Origin: Chrysomallon squamiferum
Lineage: Eukaryota; Animalia; Mollusca
Direction: 5' to 3'
DNA length: 64,000 nt
Assembly (NCBI GenBank): GCA_012295275.1
Contig: CM022673.1
Location: forward strand, 16,740,001 to 16,804,000
A program made the position numbers and the translations under genes. The notes beneath the pieces are model-generated. The model worked only from the letters and a program-made list of their open reading frames with translations, had not been told where the DNA came from and ran no database searches. Shown here piece after piece: positions 1 through 59,738 of this stretch. The number at the start of each line of letters is the position of its first letter. Position 1 is the stretch's first letter.

Positions 1-15983
<15,983 letters not shown>

Positions 15984-16609
15984 TGGTAGTATCTGGGAAA
16001 ACAGAAGATATGTTGATGTTAGATTCTTAATGCAATCATCTCTGTGAAATTAAAATCATTACATGAACTGAACGAATATAATAACGTAATAATTTAGGAT
16101 ACAAGTAAGTACATTGTGTCTCTCTCTGAACAGAATTAAGCCTACATTCAACAAAATTGTTTAACTTTTACCTAATAAACAAGCAAATACTTGTAAAGTT
16201 ATCAGCTGGAATACAAAATTTTATATATTGCCATTGTTTTTAATTCCAGTTAAACTTGCCATTTTGGGCTTTTATAAATATCAAGTACAACAACAATTAA
16301 TACATCATAAATGACATAATATAATAAATTTTAATATCTATATTATCCTAACATATAATATACAAATTTGTAAAATGAGATATTAGTAATTTAAGCCGTT
16401 TAGAAACTGTTTTCGAAATAAGATAAATAAATATTTTGTTTTTAGTAAGTTCATGTGTTAAAATAAACATCAAGGAAGCGAAGCCTCTTCAAACAAAATA
16501 TTTACTTTAGGGACGGCTAATTGCATTGACAAGTGAACTATACAAACATTTTTATTTTTATATACACACCACACTCAAAGACTTGCTTATTTAACGAACA
16601 AATACTCAC

Positions 16610-16662
16610 GTTTAGTACATTATGAATGATGACAGCTACTGCTACACATGGCAGCCATTTTT
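16610..16662 (-). promoter_or_regulatory. Probable non-coding exon 1 / TSS region of the PI3K gene
   Basis: The ATG exon starts with an acceptor, so an upstream exon is required. Donor AAC|GTGAGT at 16610; YY1-like AAAATGGCTGCC at about 16650-16661; GGAAG ETS-like sites near 16898-16913. Confidence 0.55.
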
Positions 16663-18922
16663 TCCCATTACGGTTTATTTTTAGATTAATTTACCATTCG
16701 ATAAACTATTAAAAACACGCCTATTTAATTAATCATCTATAAAATAACTGAAGCAGTTTGAATGGAAATGATATTTTAGACAGTTCTAAATAAATTATTA
16801 CAATGAATAAAATGCATATACTTTTACAATTGTTATCGATATTTTATTATTCATTGGTAGACATATTTGAAATCAAGAACGGCAATCCTGACAAGAAGGA
16901 AGTGTAGCAGGAAGAGGGCGGTTCCTGAATTTTGATAAGCCTTTCGAGGAATTAAAAATTTTATTTTTATTTCTGAAAAATGCTTGCCCCATATTCTTAC
17001 CAAAAATAGTTATAACAAACTAACTGCTATCAAAAAGACAATTTTTCTGTTGTCTCAATGTCATGTTTCTGTAGAAAATGTAGTACTGGTGATAGTGTGT
17101 GTGTGTGTGTGCGTACGTGTGTGTGTGTGCAAAGTGGTACAATGAACGTAATATTTATATACTAAAAATAAATGGATATATATATATATATATATTCATT
17201 TACTTTCTGTATTATTAAATAGTTTGTACATCAGTTTCATAATTGTCTTCTGCTGGATCTAATGTTTTTTTGTTTTTTTTTTGTTTTGTTTTTTCAAATG
17301 TCAGGTAATAAGACAGACACTGTCATCAGTTTAACAAATCAAGGTGAAGTTGAGTTAATAATAATAATAATAGACACGGCATCAGAAGAAATCATTTATT
17401 ATAAAACCATAGCATATTGACAAGCATAATAATATTTTGTTCACAGGTCACAGGTATACACAAAAAAATAATAATTAAAAAACAAATAATAAATAAATAA
17501 ATAAATAAGTATAATTTAAAAAAAAAACCTGTCTGTTGGGTTTGGCAAGTTATTCTAGTGCCAAGTAATCGCACAGTCAGTCATGCTGCTCCTCGTATAT
17601 TCACAGAAATAAATGAAATGCTGTAACCCGTTTCTATGTCGTATATTCCCTGTGTAAACTGTATTTGGTGCATCTCAGGTTATAATAGTTTATGCAAACC
17701 TTTCAAATCAGTGGTTAAAGGCAGTGAATTTGTTAAATAATATTAAATGTTAATTAAGCACTTGTGATTTTAACTCTGCTCTTCATATTACGGAACACCA
17801 AAGAATATCTCATAAAAACCCAACAGACAGTTCAGTTTTTAAAAGTTTGTATATATATATATATATATTTTGTTTAGTCCTTCAAAATATACAAAATTTG
17901 GCTATAAAAGGTTACAGCATTAACATAGTGCAAAATGACCAACATGTCATTCGAAATAAAGCGAATTATGGATGGTGTACATTTTTCAAAATTAATAAAC
18001 ACGCCTTTCAGGGAAAATAATATTTTCTACAGCAAAAGTCGTTCTGTTATAAACTGTAAGATAATTTCTATTAAGAAAAATCCCCAAGTTTTCATGCATC
18101 TACATTATCATAATGTCTTTTGTTTTACTTAATTTTTTTATTATGTTGTGATTTGTTTTTAAAATAAACATATTTCGACAATCGATTTTGAGGTTTATCA
18201 TCCTGACATGTCTACGGTAGTATTGTGCAGATCTTAAATCATCAGCTCCCAACATTCTAAAACAGTAGAAAGTATCATCTTCCCTGCATTAAAATTGTTG
18301 CAAATATGGATAAAAAATACACTGTCTTCTGCCTGCATTAATTCAGAAACTGCATTTGAATAAACGTTAAATAAAGTGTCTTCTTCTTCTTTTTACAAAA
18401 ATTTACTTATAAAACGGATATAATATGTACGTTTAACTTTTTACTTCTGTATTATATTCTATTTTCTATGGTATTTAGTAATCGTCACGTAAATCAAAGA
18501 TTATTTATTTGCGCTAACAGATACTGGTATTCGCACCCAGTATTTGCAACAATATAAACAAGATCGTTATTGCACTCATATTCATACTAACCAAAATTTA
18601 TATAACACAGAGATGTAAATGTGTATATATATATAGAGAGAGAAAGAGTTAACAAACCTACAAACATGCACGATATTCATTATAAAACTGTTATATAATG
18701 ATGCAATAATATACAAAATGAGTTATAATGTTTGGTTACACAACAGAATATTATACATAGTGTTTTTAAATAATTATTTTCTTTTCTTTTTTTTATTTAT
18801 TTATTATTATTTTCTTTTTTTAAGATCTAGAAGAATTAGACTCCAGTTTTAATGTTGTTGGAAATTCCGTAATCATTTCCACAAATAATTTTGCAGCATG
18901 TACGAGTTTTTACTAGACGATC

Positions 18923-18955
<33 letters not shown>

Positions 18956-21314
18956 CTGTTTTAATCACCGCCTCCATTTTTTTTTTTTTTTTTTTTTTTT
19001 CATAAGTGATTTTCAAAACAGATAATCCAGAAAGATAAAAACGAATTTTGTGTTTAGTAACAATGGAGGACAAAATCCCATTCTTGCGATGACAACTGAA
19101 GACGAATGGTTCAGGTTTTTCATCAGATAATTACAATGAAAGCGTTTATATTTAAAAATATATATATATACCACAGAACATGACATAACTTTAATACCAA
19201 ACAGTTTTACAGATTTTTACCTGCTTGTCTGAAATCCGTATGCATAATGAGATTGAGTATAATAAGTATATATAAAATATTACACTGCACAGATGGCAAA
19301 AATATATAATTATATAGAAAATGGTTAGTTTTGTTACTTAATAGTAATTTGTTAAAGCAAATATATAAATATAGTAATATTGGCCTCGTTTAATTGTAAA
19401 ATTAAAAATACATTTTCCCACTCGTTTTCACGCGAAAAGCACTTCTAAGATTCGAATGAAGGCGTTATACACTATGGTCCATTTGCATAAATGTAGGTAA
19501 ACATTTTTTTTCCCCGGAAATGTTTCATGTCTTACAACCCTCGCAATCTTTCCGACACCTAAACGCTGCCTTGTTTATGCATAGGTGATAGAAACTTTTC
19601 CATACCTACCAGTCTGTTGTGGTCTATCAGATATCATTTTTTTATTTTCTATTATTAATATTTTTTGTTTTTAATGTTTTCTTATTGTAAATGTTGAAAA
19701 TGAGTATTTAAACGAGCCTTCACTTACAAGTTATAATTACCTGCCAGTACTACTATATTTAAATTAGAAGCCAAATTGTGAATTTAAGCTTTGAGCAAAC
19801 ATCACTTTATTTTTTTGTTTGCCTCTCTGTTTAATGCACTTGGTCTTATAAAAGAATACTATTTTCTAAACAACTAATCTATCGTAACAAGATGACTAAT
19901 ATTGCTACAAATATAAACACAATATTCATCATATTTAACCACCAACCCAGCATTCTGATAATGTTTTCAATATCGAATACTGAATACTTTTTAGGAAGGA
20001 AAGGTTTTTGTATAAAAAAAAAACGAAAAACAAACAAACAAACAAACAAAAAGCACATGTTAATAAAACCTATACAGAAGCAGCTACATATTTATAAAAA
20101 TCTAAATCTTAAATAATCTACATAGCTGCCACCCATTAATAAACTATTTAGCATTAACCCAGGAAAACTAACAGTTGTATGGATAAGGTACATATTCAGT
20201 TTAAAAATAATGAAAGTAGCATTAGACAATTTTTTTAAAACAAAATGAGTAAAATAAACATAATTTTATTTTATAAAATGCAGTAAAAATTGATTATATA
20301 CGAATAATTAGTTTTTTACTGTCATATTACTGAAATTAAATATGTTTTAAATTCGTACTTATAGTAAGGAAGATAACTGTGATTGATATGTAACAAGAGT
20401 AATGAATGTAAGAAAGAATATACTGCCTTGCAGACGATATCGTGCACTAAAATAATAAAAAAGACAATCTGATTTTGATGTCTGAAAGCTGAATAATAAT
20501 TTCATTTTTTTTTTTTTTAAAACACTGTGCACATTTTGATTTGTGACGTAAGAAAAGAAATGAAAACAGCACTACAAGGCTGTTTATCTGTTAACATTTT
20601 GATTAGAAACAAACTCAACCAAATTCAAGTTATTCAACCATTCTTGAGTGTGGCAATTCTGAATATGTATAAATATATAAGTATATGATTATATAAAATT
20701 AAACAAGCATCCTCTATATAAAAAAATACAAAATAAAAGCACCTAGACATTACGTTCTATTTGTTCTTTTCCATTTCATTCTTTTATTTTCTGAGGATTT
20801 ATTGTCAAATATCATTTTTAAAATCGACCCATAAACCAATTATGTTTATACATTCTTCTGTAAAACATTATTTAATAACTAAATCAATTTAATTTTCTTT
20901 GGAGGCACATTCTTTGAAATGAAATTCGTACACTTACCTCCCTTGCTTTAATATTAACATCAACACTGTACGTTTTTAAACTTAAAAATGTTGTTATTAT
21001 TATTATTAAATACTTTTAAATACGAAAGTATAATTTTCAAAATAATAAATGAAGCAAATATCAAATTACTACATTTTTAATATTGCATTTATATATTGTT
21101 AAAAATGTATATTTTGTATTTGATATTTTCATTTCAAATTAAAATCAACATTCTATTATCTTAATTCACAGAAACAAAGGTCAAATCTGCACAAATACAT
21201 GGCAATCTGATCTATAAATAGCACACTAAAATCTTTTTTCTTCAAACATTTTTGTGTCCAACTCAGATGTACATCCATTATGAATGATTCCTGCATTGAA
21301 AACCAGCTTTTTGT

Positions 21315-50797
<29,483 letters not shown>

Positions 50798-52139
50798 GTT
50801 TGGTATTTTTATCCGTGAAGAAAACACACTTTGAAAAATGAGCCGGCGTTAAGGTATCCAAGCGAAGGCGTTTGATAGAAACTTGATCAATAACCAGTCA
50901 ACTCGACGAAATTGCTCCGAATGACCACTCTGTTAGTGTCTACTGTTGCGCACAGGAAATTACGTCACAGAACTGGGCTAAATTACCAGAACAACGAGCG
51001 GTATTTACTGAAACAAACGGCTGCAGCACAGGCGGATAAACGAAGTTCATCAAAACGTACACACCAAGATTTGCCGATCGCGGCGTCTCTTCGATCTCAG
51101 CAGCCCAAACGAACAGCGTTCTTTCCGTCTGACCTCGGATTAAAACGAGGCTTAGTATGTCACAATAACTAAATTTAGAACGTCTCTTCGGGTTCTTATT
51201 ATTCTATTTGTTGGTGTTAATTATTTCTTATCATGCTTTGGGCGTATTTGATTTGCGATTTCAAGTAGAGAATTTCAGTGTTTTATTGTTGTGTTATCCG
51301 TTACTGTGGGAAAGTTAACGAAAGCTAAATGTGTAGATGTAATTCTTTGTTTTTTCTGGACCGCAGCCAGCGTTTTTATTTCACTTTCTGATGCAAAATA
51401 CAAACAACTCTCATAAACTTGCATTTTGTCTATACAGGAGATGAAGTAGGAATTAAAAAAAAGAAGAAAAAAGTTAAATAATTAATTCAGATACGAATTT
51501 AAAAAAGTAGGAAATTTATTTATGACACTTATTAATTAATTAAATTGTTTTACCTTTAAAACATTTATAATTATAAAATCACATTTTTTGGCGGTGTTTT
51601 CTATGGTGTAACAAAACAGAATCTTAACTGTCTTTATTATTTAAGTTTATCATAGGGGAAAAAACAATAAAAACTAAACATATATAATTTAGTACAATTA
51701 AAATTGAATAAATAAATAATTAAATAATAATAATATATATATTTTTTTAAGATTAAAAAAGGGATGGTCTATTCTGCCTACTTAAATATTTAAGATGCCC
51801 GTGTCTTTCGTATGTGATAACGTAATATGATTATTCACTATTATGCAATCTTCAACAGGAAACAAAAATTGTTCGTAAAAAGATGTCCTATACAAATCGA
51901 AACAATGAGAAACAAAAATCCATTTTCGAAATACGGTATAGTCGTGTGATATGCAACAACTAAACATAAATAATTGCCATCTAAACTATCTAGACTGTCT
52001 CCTTTTTGGAGTTACATGAGTTATACTAATGTTTTTATATGTATATAATTATTAATAACCTAAATTATTTTGTAATATTGTTCCCAAAATGATGGGCTTT
52101 CTTTTTTATTATTATTTCTTTTTTATTATTATTATTTTT

Positions 52140-52140
52140 A

Positions 52141-52195
<55 letters not shown>

Positions 52196-52211
52196 ATTAT
52201 TATTAATATTA

Positions 52212-52254
<43 letters not shown>

Positions 52255-52255
52255 T
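52140..52255. repeat. (ATT)n/(ATTT)n microsatellite
   Basis: Read directly. Confidence 0.9.
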
Positions 52256-53396
52256 GTTTTATTTTTTGGTTTCTTGTATTGTTTGTTTGTTTGTTTGTTG
52301 TTGTTTTGGGAGTTTTCTTTATTTATTTGCTTTTGTCGTTTATTTCTAAAACATTTATCGAGCGGTTCCAGACCTCCACAGTCTTTTCAAAATTAGAATT
52401 TTATGGAACTAGAAAGCAGTCGACTTTGAAGACATTTCTCATTTTTCTCTGTAACTGTTCCACGGTGATGAAGAAGACCCGTATAATTTGCATAATACAA
52501 ACACGATTTGCACACAAACTATTAAAACAGATATCTAATTTATTTATTTATGTTTTAAAATATTATTATTACTGTTGATATCATTGTTATTATTATTACT
52601 GTCGTTGTTGTTGTTGTTGTTAAATCAATACTGTTCTTAAACAAAAACAATCATTGTAGGATTAAAGTGTAAATTAGTTGTTTAAACTCTGGCATGTTGT
52701 ATACTGCCGGGTCACCGAGGTGTACCCTTCACGATATTTACTGAATCAATTAATGCCCCAATATATAATTTATGCCTACCTATAAAAGATCGTATATTGT
52801 TAACTGATTAGTGTAACCATTTATTCATTTCATTTATTTTTTCCGCGTCATATTACAAAAATAATCTAATGAGAATAATAAGAAGCAAACATACTCAGTC
52901 AACAACGAATAAAAATAACATAAGTGCTGTTGTGAACCTTTTATCTTCGAAATAAGCTTAGATAATGGATTAGTACTTCCTGACAAATTTATTCATTATC
53001 GGGAATCTATTATCTAAGGGAAGTAACTACTTGAAGGTTCTAAAGTTACCTAGTTATTTCTCATTATCGGCGTTATACTTCTTAAACAAACATAATAATT
53101 GCTTTTAAAATAAAACAATATAATAACATGTTCATTATTTATTTATTTTTATCATTATTATTATGTTTTTCTTTACGATTTCTTCCTATCATCACTGAAA
53201 CAAAACCTACCATGATCAATGAGGCCATACCAATCCATAATATGTAACAAAAAAAAATAGTTTAAACTAATGTAAAATTAGGAGCAGTAAAAATCGAGAC
53301 TAGCTATTTTTCGATGTTAGAGTACACACTAACTCAGTATTGCTGAATGCGTATGGCAGACGTAGTTATCGACTCGTGTGCACTTGCAGAAGTGTA

Positions 53397-53655
53397 ATGC
53401 TTAAATTAACTAATAGAATAAGCAGCTGTCTCGGCATTCACAGACTGTGTGTAACAATTTACAGCCTCTGCACAATGTCTACCACATCGGGAGATAACGC
53501 GGTACAAAATCTTACCGGTGATGACATAATCTGTCGACGTCTTTCAAATGTCACCGGTGTTGGGGAAAAACAAAATGATATAATATACTGCAGAGCTGCT
53601 GGTATCCGCAGAGCTGAACAACATGTGCTTTTCTTTGGAGGAGATGTTCAAGTGT

Positions 53656-53702
<47 letters not shown>

Positions 53703-54082
53703 TGTTATTTTATTATTATTATTATTTTTTTTTTTTTTAACATTTCTCTTTAAGATGATATTATTTTCTGTATGTGTTGCCCTATCATTTATTAATTTTG
53801 TATTGTTATGTTATGTTATATTGTATTATTTATTTCTTTTATATTTAGTATTTAACATTTCTGTTTAAGATTAGACGTAACAAGCAAACAAATAAAGAAA
53901 AATGGAAGCCTGTATCTAATTATTGCAGACGAATTTTGTTATAGCATATAACTGAGTCAATTTAATACTGAAAAAGAACATTCTTCGTTAGTCGTAATAT
54001 TTGTGGTTAGCAAAAGTGCTTTAGGTATCAATGTACCCACCAAAGTACCCGAGAGTACCCGTTTCTTTCTTTCTTTCGTTCT

Positions 54083-54113
<31 letters not shown>

Positions 54114-54834
54114 TATGCAGGATTATCCAGAAAATATGGCTGTTCACCCAGTGAACAAACGATACAGCCAGTGGAATCTCGAACAAACTGGTCTACTGCT
54201 ACAGAAAAGATTTCCCAAATCCGCCATTTATGTTATCAAAGCCACGAAAATGCACTTGAATACGTTCAGTGTATATTCCAATTTTGTTGAAAGCAATGAC
54301 TTCGGCGTTCCGTCTCATCAGTCTGGCTGTGGTTCTTGGAGACATTTAAAATCGCTGTATGACAGTTTGTTGAAAATAACATCTCCAGACCTCAAAGAAC
54401 AAGGTTCGTGTTCCTCTGATTCGTTTACCGCAAAGTGCGATACGCCATTAATACTTGTCGCCTTCAGCAAAGGTTGCATCGTCCTAAATCAATTGCTTTA
54501 CGATCTCAAGGACACGGAAGACGATCCAGAGTTATCTGCCTTTGTTAAGAAAGTGAAAGAATTTTACTGGTTGGACGGAGGCCACAGCGGCGGCAGCAAC
54601 ACGTGGGTGAAAAGTGAGGAGATAGTGAGATATCTTTCAAAGCTTGATGTCAAAGTCTGGGTGCATGTGACGCCATACCAGGTGAAAGATCCGATGCGTG
54701 CGTGGATCGGGAAGGAGGAACGCCAGTTTGTGAAGTTGTTAAAGAAATTTGGAGTTACCGTTCATGACACGCTGCACTTCGAGAGTGAACAAGGATCGTT
54801 GGAAAATCATTTTAGAGTACTGACTGAATTTTAG
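53397..54834 (+). CDS. C2orf69: C2orf69/UPF0565 homolog (mitochondrial, alpha/beta-hydrolase-like), 322 aa, 2 exons
   Basis: Exon 1 53397-53651 (MLKLTNRISS...HVLFFGGDVQ, donor CAA|GTGTGT) and exon 2 54121-54834 (acceptor ttatatgcag). Motifs FSVYSNFVESNDFGVP, FSKGCIVLNQL, YWLDGGHSGGSNTW, VHVTPYQVKDPMRAWIG, LENHFRVL. The N-terminus is basic and lacks acidic residues, like a presequence. Confidence 0.92.
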
Positions 54835-54847
54835 TCATTGTTTTTAA

Positions 54848-54879
<32 letters not shown>

Positions 54880-55008
54880 TGAATGACATACCTCATAGAC
54901 ATAATGGTTTAAAAATTATTATTTGTTGTTTCTTTTCTTTCATAACGCTAGAATAATTATTCAGAGCATATGGCTGAAGTGAACAATTTTCACTGAAATT
55001 GATGTGTA

Positions 55009-55040
<32 letters not shown>

Positions 55041-56028
55041 CAACTGAATGAAATGAAATAAATGAAATATGAAGGGTTGATTGTAATGTATTTAAGGATT
55101 TGTGTTTATGTAAGAATTAAAATAAAATTATAAAGAATATTTTTATTATTTGAAATAATTATATATCTTAATTAACGTACCCTTAAAGCAAAACAAAGTT
55201 TGATATAATGTATTAAGCTTGGTTTTATATTACAACAAGCCAGAGCACGAACACTAGCAATAAATATGTACTGAATGAACAAACACATACACGTATTTAA
55301 ATGAAACCTAAACGTGCTTTAATATTAATAGTTAAAAGGTTTCTATCATACGTTTCTTGCAAAATGATGATACTGGAAAGGAAACTGGTAACATTTTCCC
55401 ATTGACTAAACAGTTTATAGCGTGTACACAATTTGTAAGGTACTGGTTGGAATTGGTAAAAAAGTAAAAATTGAGACTAGGTTGGATTGATTATGCGAAA
55501 CATGACGCAAGCTCTTTAGTTGTGATATTTCATTATTTGTTTATTGTGTATTATTGTATTTGCTATGATAAATCGCCGAAAACAAATAAGTATAAAATGG
55601 GTTACCTTTCTGGTATACACCAGTTATTATTTTTCTCTATTTTCTGTGCGTGTGAAAATTATCATTGCACGTCTGTTTCTATCTCTGTATATATGTATTT
55701 GTAGGTGTACGTACGTTTATTTTAAAGTCTGTGTTAAATATGTACATGTGTATATATATATATATATCTGTGTTGGCATGAGTGTGTGTGTCTAAGTGCC
55801 CGGTTATATGATTATTCGTACGTTGGTGTGTGTGTGTGTATCACTGAGTTTCCATCTATATGTTCGTGCTTTTATCTGCATTTGACTTTTTCTGTGTTGG
55901 TTTGAACATGTGTCTGTATTTGTTTGTATTTATGTCTATATGTGTGTGCTTCTTTCACACGCACACACACACACATGCTTGTGAATATTTCAGGTATAGA
56001 TGGATATGTGTGTATATGTATATATCTA

Positions 56029-56062
<34 letters not shown>

Positions 56063-56667
56063 AATGCATACATTTATATGTGAATACTAATATATATATA
56101 TATATGTTGTGTGTATATTGTTTGCATGTGTAAGAGTGCACGTGTGTGTATATCCACGCACGTACGCCTGCATATACATAGATAAATGCACACGGACACG
56201 CACGAATTCAAGAGAAGATGTTTAGTGGGTTAACGCGGTTTCTGTTTGTTGCCTGTTCTCGTTGCTATGGCAGCAGGTCAGTTATTCTTATCCACCGCTT
56301 CCTTCCTTGTTTCCACAGACCCAGTACTTTCGCAGATGAGCGAATATTTTTGTTCTCAGTATAGCTTCTACACTGACTTCTTTAATTGTAAACACACCTT
56401 TGAGAGTTGTTGTTCCCTTAATTTATTTTGAATCTTTCGATTTCCGCATTTACGCAAGTCATTCACTGATTCACTTTGTCCATTTTCCAAATAGGTCGAT
56501 TCTTAAGGTAATGTTGGTTTCTTCGATTTTTAATACTTAATATTGTATCTTTAGCAGCCATGTATGTAGTAAGTGTTAACAGTGTGGAAATATGCTTCAG
56601 AACTTCAGCTGAATCTGTTTGAGATAAGACATCTTCTATACAGCTCTGCGTCTGCAGGTCAAATGAA

Positions 56668-56692
56668 TGACGTCACACAAAAGATTACGTCA
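56668..56692. promoter_or_regulatory. Paired CRE/ATF sites (TGACGTCA, TTACGTCA)
   Basis: Motifs at 56668-56675 and 56685-56692; function is inferred only. Confidence 0.35.
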
Positions 56693-57347
56693 TTATTTTG
56701 TATAAATTAATACTTTATATAGATAGCAGTTATTTTATTTCAATGAGAGGGAGCATTCAATTCTTTCATAAATAAATGCAAACTGTAATATTGTTTAAAA
56801 CTGAACGTGATATTAAGTTCATGTTTAATTACAAAAAGCTAATTTTCGTTCAGTTTGTTTGCTATTATAAATGATAACAGTTTCGCCTTCCGCCCCAGCC
56901 CCGATTTAAAACAACAACAACAATAAATAAATTAATAACATCAGTAGCAACAACAATAGCAACCACAATAATAACATTCAGGTATTGTGCAACAATCAAA
57001 ATTACTAATAAACTTTTCTCATTCTGAGAGAGATGAGCTGAATGTCATGAGATGTCTCATCAGCAGATCGATACAGAACAGCATCCACTGATAAACCCTC
57101 GAGCGTGCAGAAAACAGAAAAAATGAAAGATAGAACAGCATCCACTGATTTGTTAAACGTGTATTCAGAGCGTGCAGAAAACAGTTAAAAATTTGAAATC
57201 TTTCATCTTTTTTTTTCCCACTTACTGCTATTTTAATACATACAACATACACAAGACGAATCTATCGTGGACAGATAATTTATTAAACACACACACACAG
57301 ACATACACATACACACGCATACACGAACGTACATACATCCATATATA

Positions 57348-57351
<4 letters not shown>

Positions 57352-57402
<51 letters not shown>
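57352..57402. repeat. (GA)n microsatellite
   Basis: Read directly. Confidence 0.9.
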
Positions 57403-57406
<4 letters not shown>

Positions 57407-58092
57407 CACTTTGTCTCTTTTTCTTTTCCTTTTATCATCTGCGGCAGACCTTTATTTATTGTTGTCCTTTTTTTTCTCTCTTTTTTTTTCCGTTACACAA
57501 TTTTCATTTTTCCTGTATTGGTTTATCTCTCTGTAAGCAGAGATTTCTTGTTTTTTTAATGATCTCTCACAAATCATACAATTATTGATTAAATAACAAC
57601 AGCGAGTCCCCTATCTTCGCTATTGATTTCAATACAGCATGAGAAAATATATGATTTACTTTGAATCGAAGCGGCAGCTTTCGTTGACACTGCGTTGCTA
57701 GGCAATAATTTGAAGACTACAACTCCGACCATTCCTATTGTATTTTATGCTACTACCACGTCCACAATGCGACAACGTATGAACGACACATCGTCTGGTG
57801 TAGAATGATAAACAGGTATTAAATATCCTACTGCTTGTGACAAGGAAGATAACTCTTTTCTTTTTTTTTTGCTGATTCTTCTAGCTAACTCTGACGGCCA
57901 AGGAGAGCTCTGACAGATGCTATCTAGCTGTACAGTTTTTTCGATAATTAAATGTCGTTTCGGAAACACTATCATTGATTGACAGGTGGCATATATATAT
58001 ATATATAAAAAGACAATGCTGTATGATTTGGTGAAAATTATACATTAGAATCACGATTATAATAATATCAACGACATCGATAAATGCTCAAC

Positions 58093-58212
58093 TTATTGTC
58101 GTAACCGACAGACGACGAAGACGGCGGCAGAAAAAACAAATACGACCATCTGGAATACGTTTCTCTCATAAAATGTCGTCCGTCTGATGTGTTCTTCTTC
58201 TTCCATTGTTTG
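58093..58212 (-). CDS. Candidate terminal exon of a small single-pass membrane peptide (MEEEEHIRRTTFYERNVFQMVVFVFSAAVFVVCRLRQ)
   Basis: Acceptor cttcatcttttccag| at 58212, ATG at 58206 in ACAATGG context, TAA at 58093-58095, 17-aa hydrophobic run. No homolog recognised. Confidence 0.35.
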   Translation of the reverse strand, partial: QTMEEEEHIRRTTFYERNVFQMVVFVFSAAVFVVCRLRQ

Positions 58213-58489
58213 CTGGAAAAGATGAAGATTTATGCACAATATACAGGTAAAAATTAGATGTATGTATTGTTGGTGGGTATATGTGTGCGTGGTGTGCGTG
58301 TGCACACACACATATATGTGCTTGTGGATACACATATATAGAGTGCGTTCGGTCTGCTATAATTATATATAGTTGTATATTAGTTTTGTTTAAATTAGGA
58401 AACAGGACTCACGGTTTATTTATCTTTCATCTCGTTCACTGACTGATACAAAATTCTGTTTCCATACGTCATTAAACAATATAGATGTC

Positions 58490-58878
58490 ATGTATGTATG
58501 TATGTATGTATGTATGTATGTATGTATGTATGTATGTGTGTGTATGTATGTATGTGTGTGTGTATGTATGTTTGTATGTATGTATGTATGTGTGTGTGTA
58601 TGTATGTATGTATGTGTGTGTGTGTATGTATGTATGTATGTATGTATGTATATATGTATGTATGTGTGTGTGTATGTATGTATGTATGTATATATGTATG
58701 TATGTGTGTGTGTGTATGTATGTGTGTGTATGTATGAATGTGTATGTGTATGTATCTATGTTTGTATGTATGTATGTATGTATGTATCTATGTGTGTATG
58801 TATGTGTTTGGGTGTATGTATGAATGTATATGTTTGTATGTATGTATGTATGTATATATGTGTGTGTGTATGTGTGTA
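58490..58878. repeat. Long (TATG)n/(TG)n compound microsatellite
   Basis: Read directly; source of several spurious MYVC/HTYI ORFs. Confidence 0.95.
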
Positions 58879-59601
58879 CGTATATATCTTCACACACACA
58901 CTTACATACACACACACAAAGAAACGAAACAGACATAAACACGACACTGATGTGCAAATCAAACGGAAATCCCTATGGAGACAAAATCACTGACTGTTAG
59001 ATCTCTATATCCATGTGTTCTGTTTTAACCAGTGACCCGTGTCAAATCAACCAACACAACGTAAACAAATTATCACTTTCTCTAGTCCATTTTATTTTCA
59101 TACAATTCACGTACACAGAGTTTGAAAAATCAGAATTCCATAATCTTTTGTTAAAAATATGTATGTTTTTTTCTTTGTTTTCATTTGTTATAATATTTTT
59201 ATTTGATTTTTTTAGTGCAAGTTGTATTTATTTATTTATTTATTTATTTATTTATATACAGTGTATAAGATTAAATATTAGATTATATAGCATTAATAAA
59301 GAAGGTTTTTCAAAACTTACATTTTAAACTTTTACTCATATCAACGTAAAGCATTTGGAGAAATGTATATTATATCAGGGAAAATCAAATTTACACATCA
59401 AATTATAAAGAGTATCAACTACACACTTAAAATTATATACCTCTACTAAAAAATACTTATTTATAAATGTGTATATACTACATGCAAATATATGTATATT
59501 TCTTTGTTTATGTACATATGTATTTGTGTATTATATATTTATGTATATGTAGATGGGCGTATGGATGTATTGATGTATAAATGTTTGTATGCATGCATGT
59601 A

Positions 59602-59637
<36 letters not shown>

Positions 59638-59738
59638 AATCTGACACTGTGTTTGTCTGTGTATGTATGTATGTATGTAAGAAGGTAGATAGATAGGTAT
59701 GAATGTATATGCATGTGTATGCATGTATGGAAACATAG

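Noticed and set aside
56200-56650. Coding-looking minus-strand stretch (..CIEDVLSQTDSAEVLKH..)
   Set aside because: Stops in all frames, no recognisable homology and no partner exon.
58472-58993. ORFs up to 167 aa (MYVC/HTYI repeats) and similar poly-I/L/F/K ORFs at 6884-7175, 46420-46753, 52089-52349 and 60699-60970
   Set aside because: They are translations of microsatellites and homopolymers.
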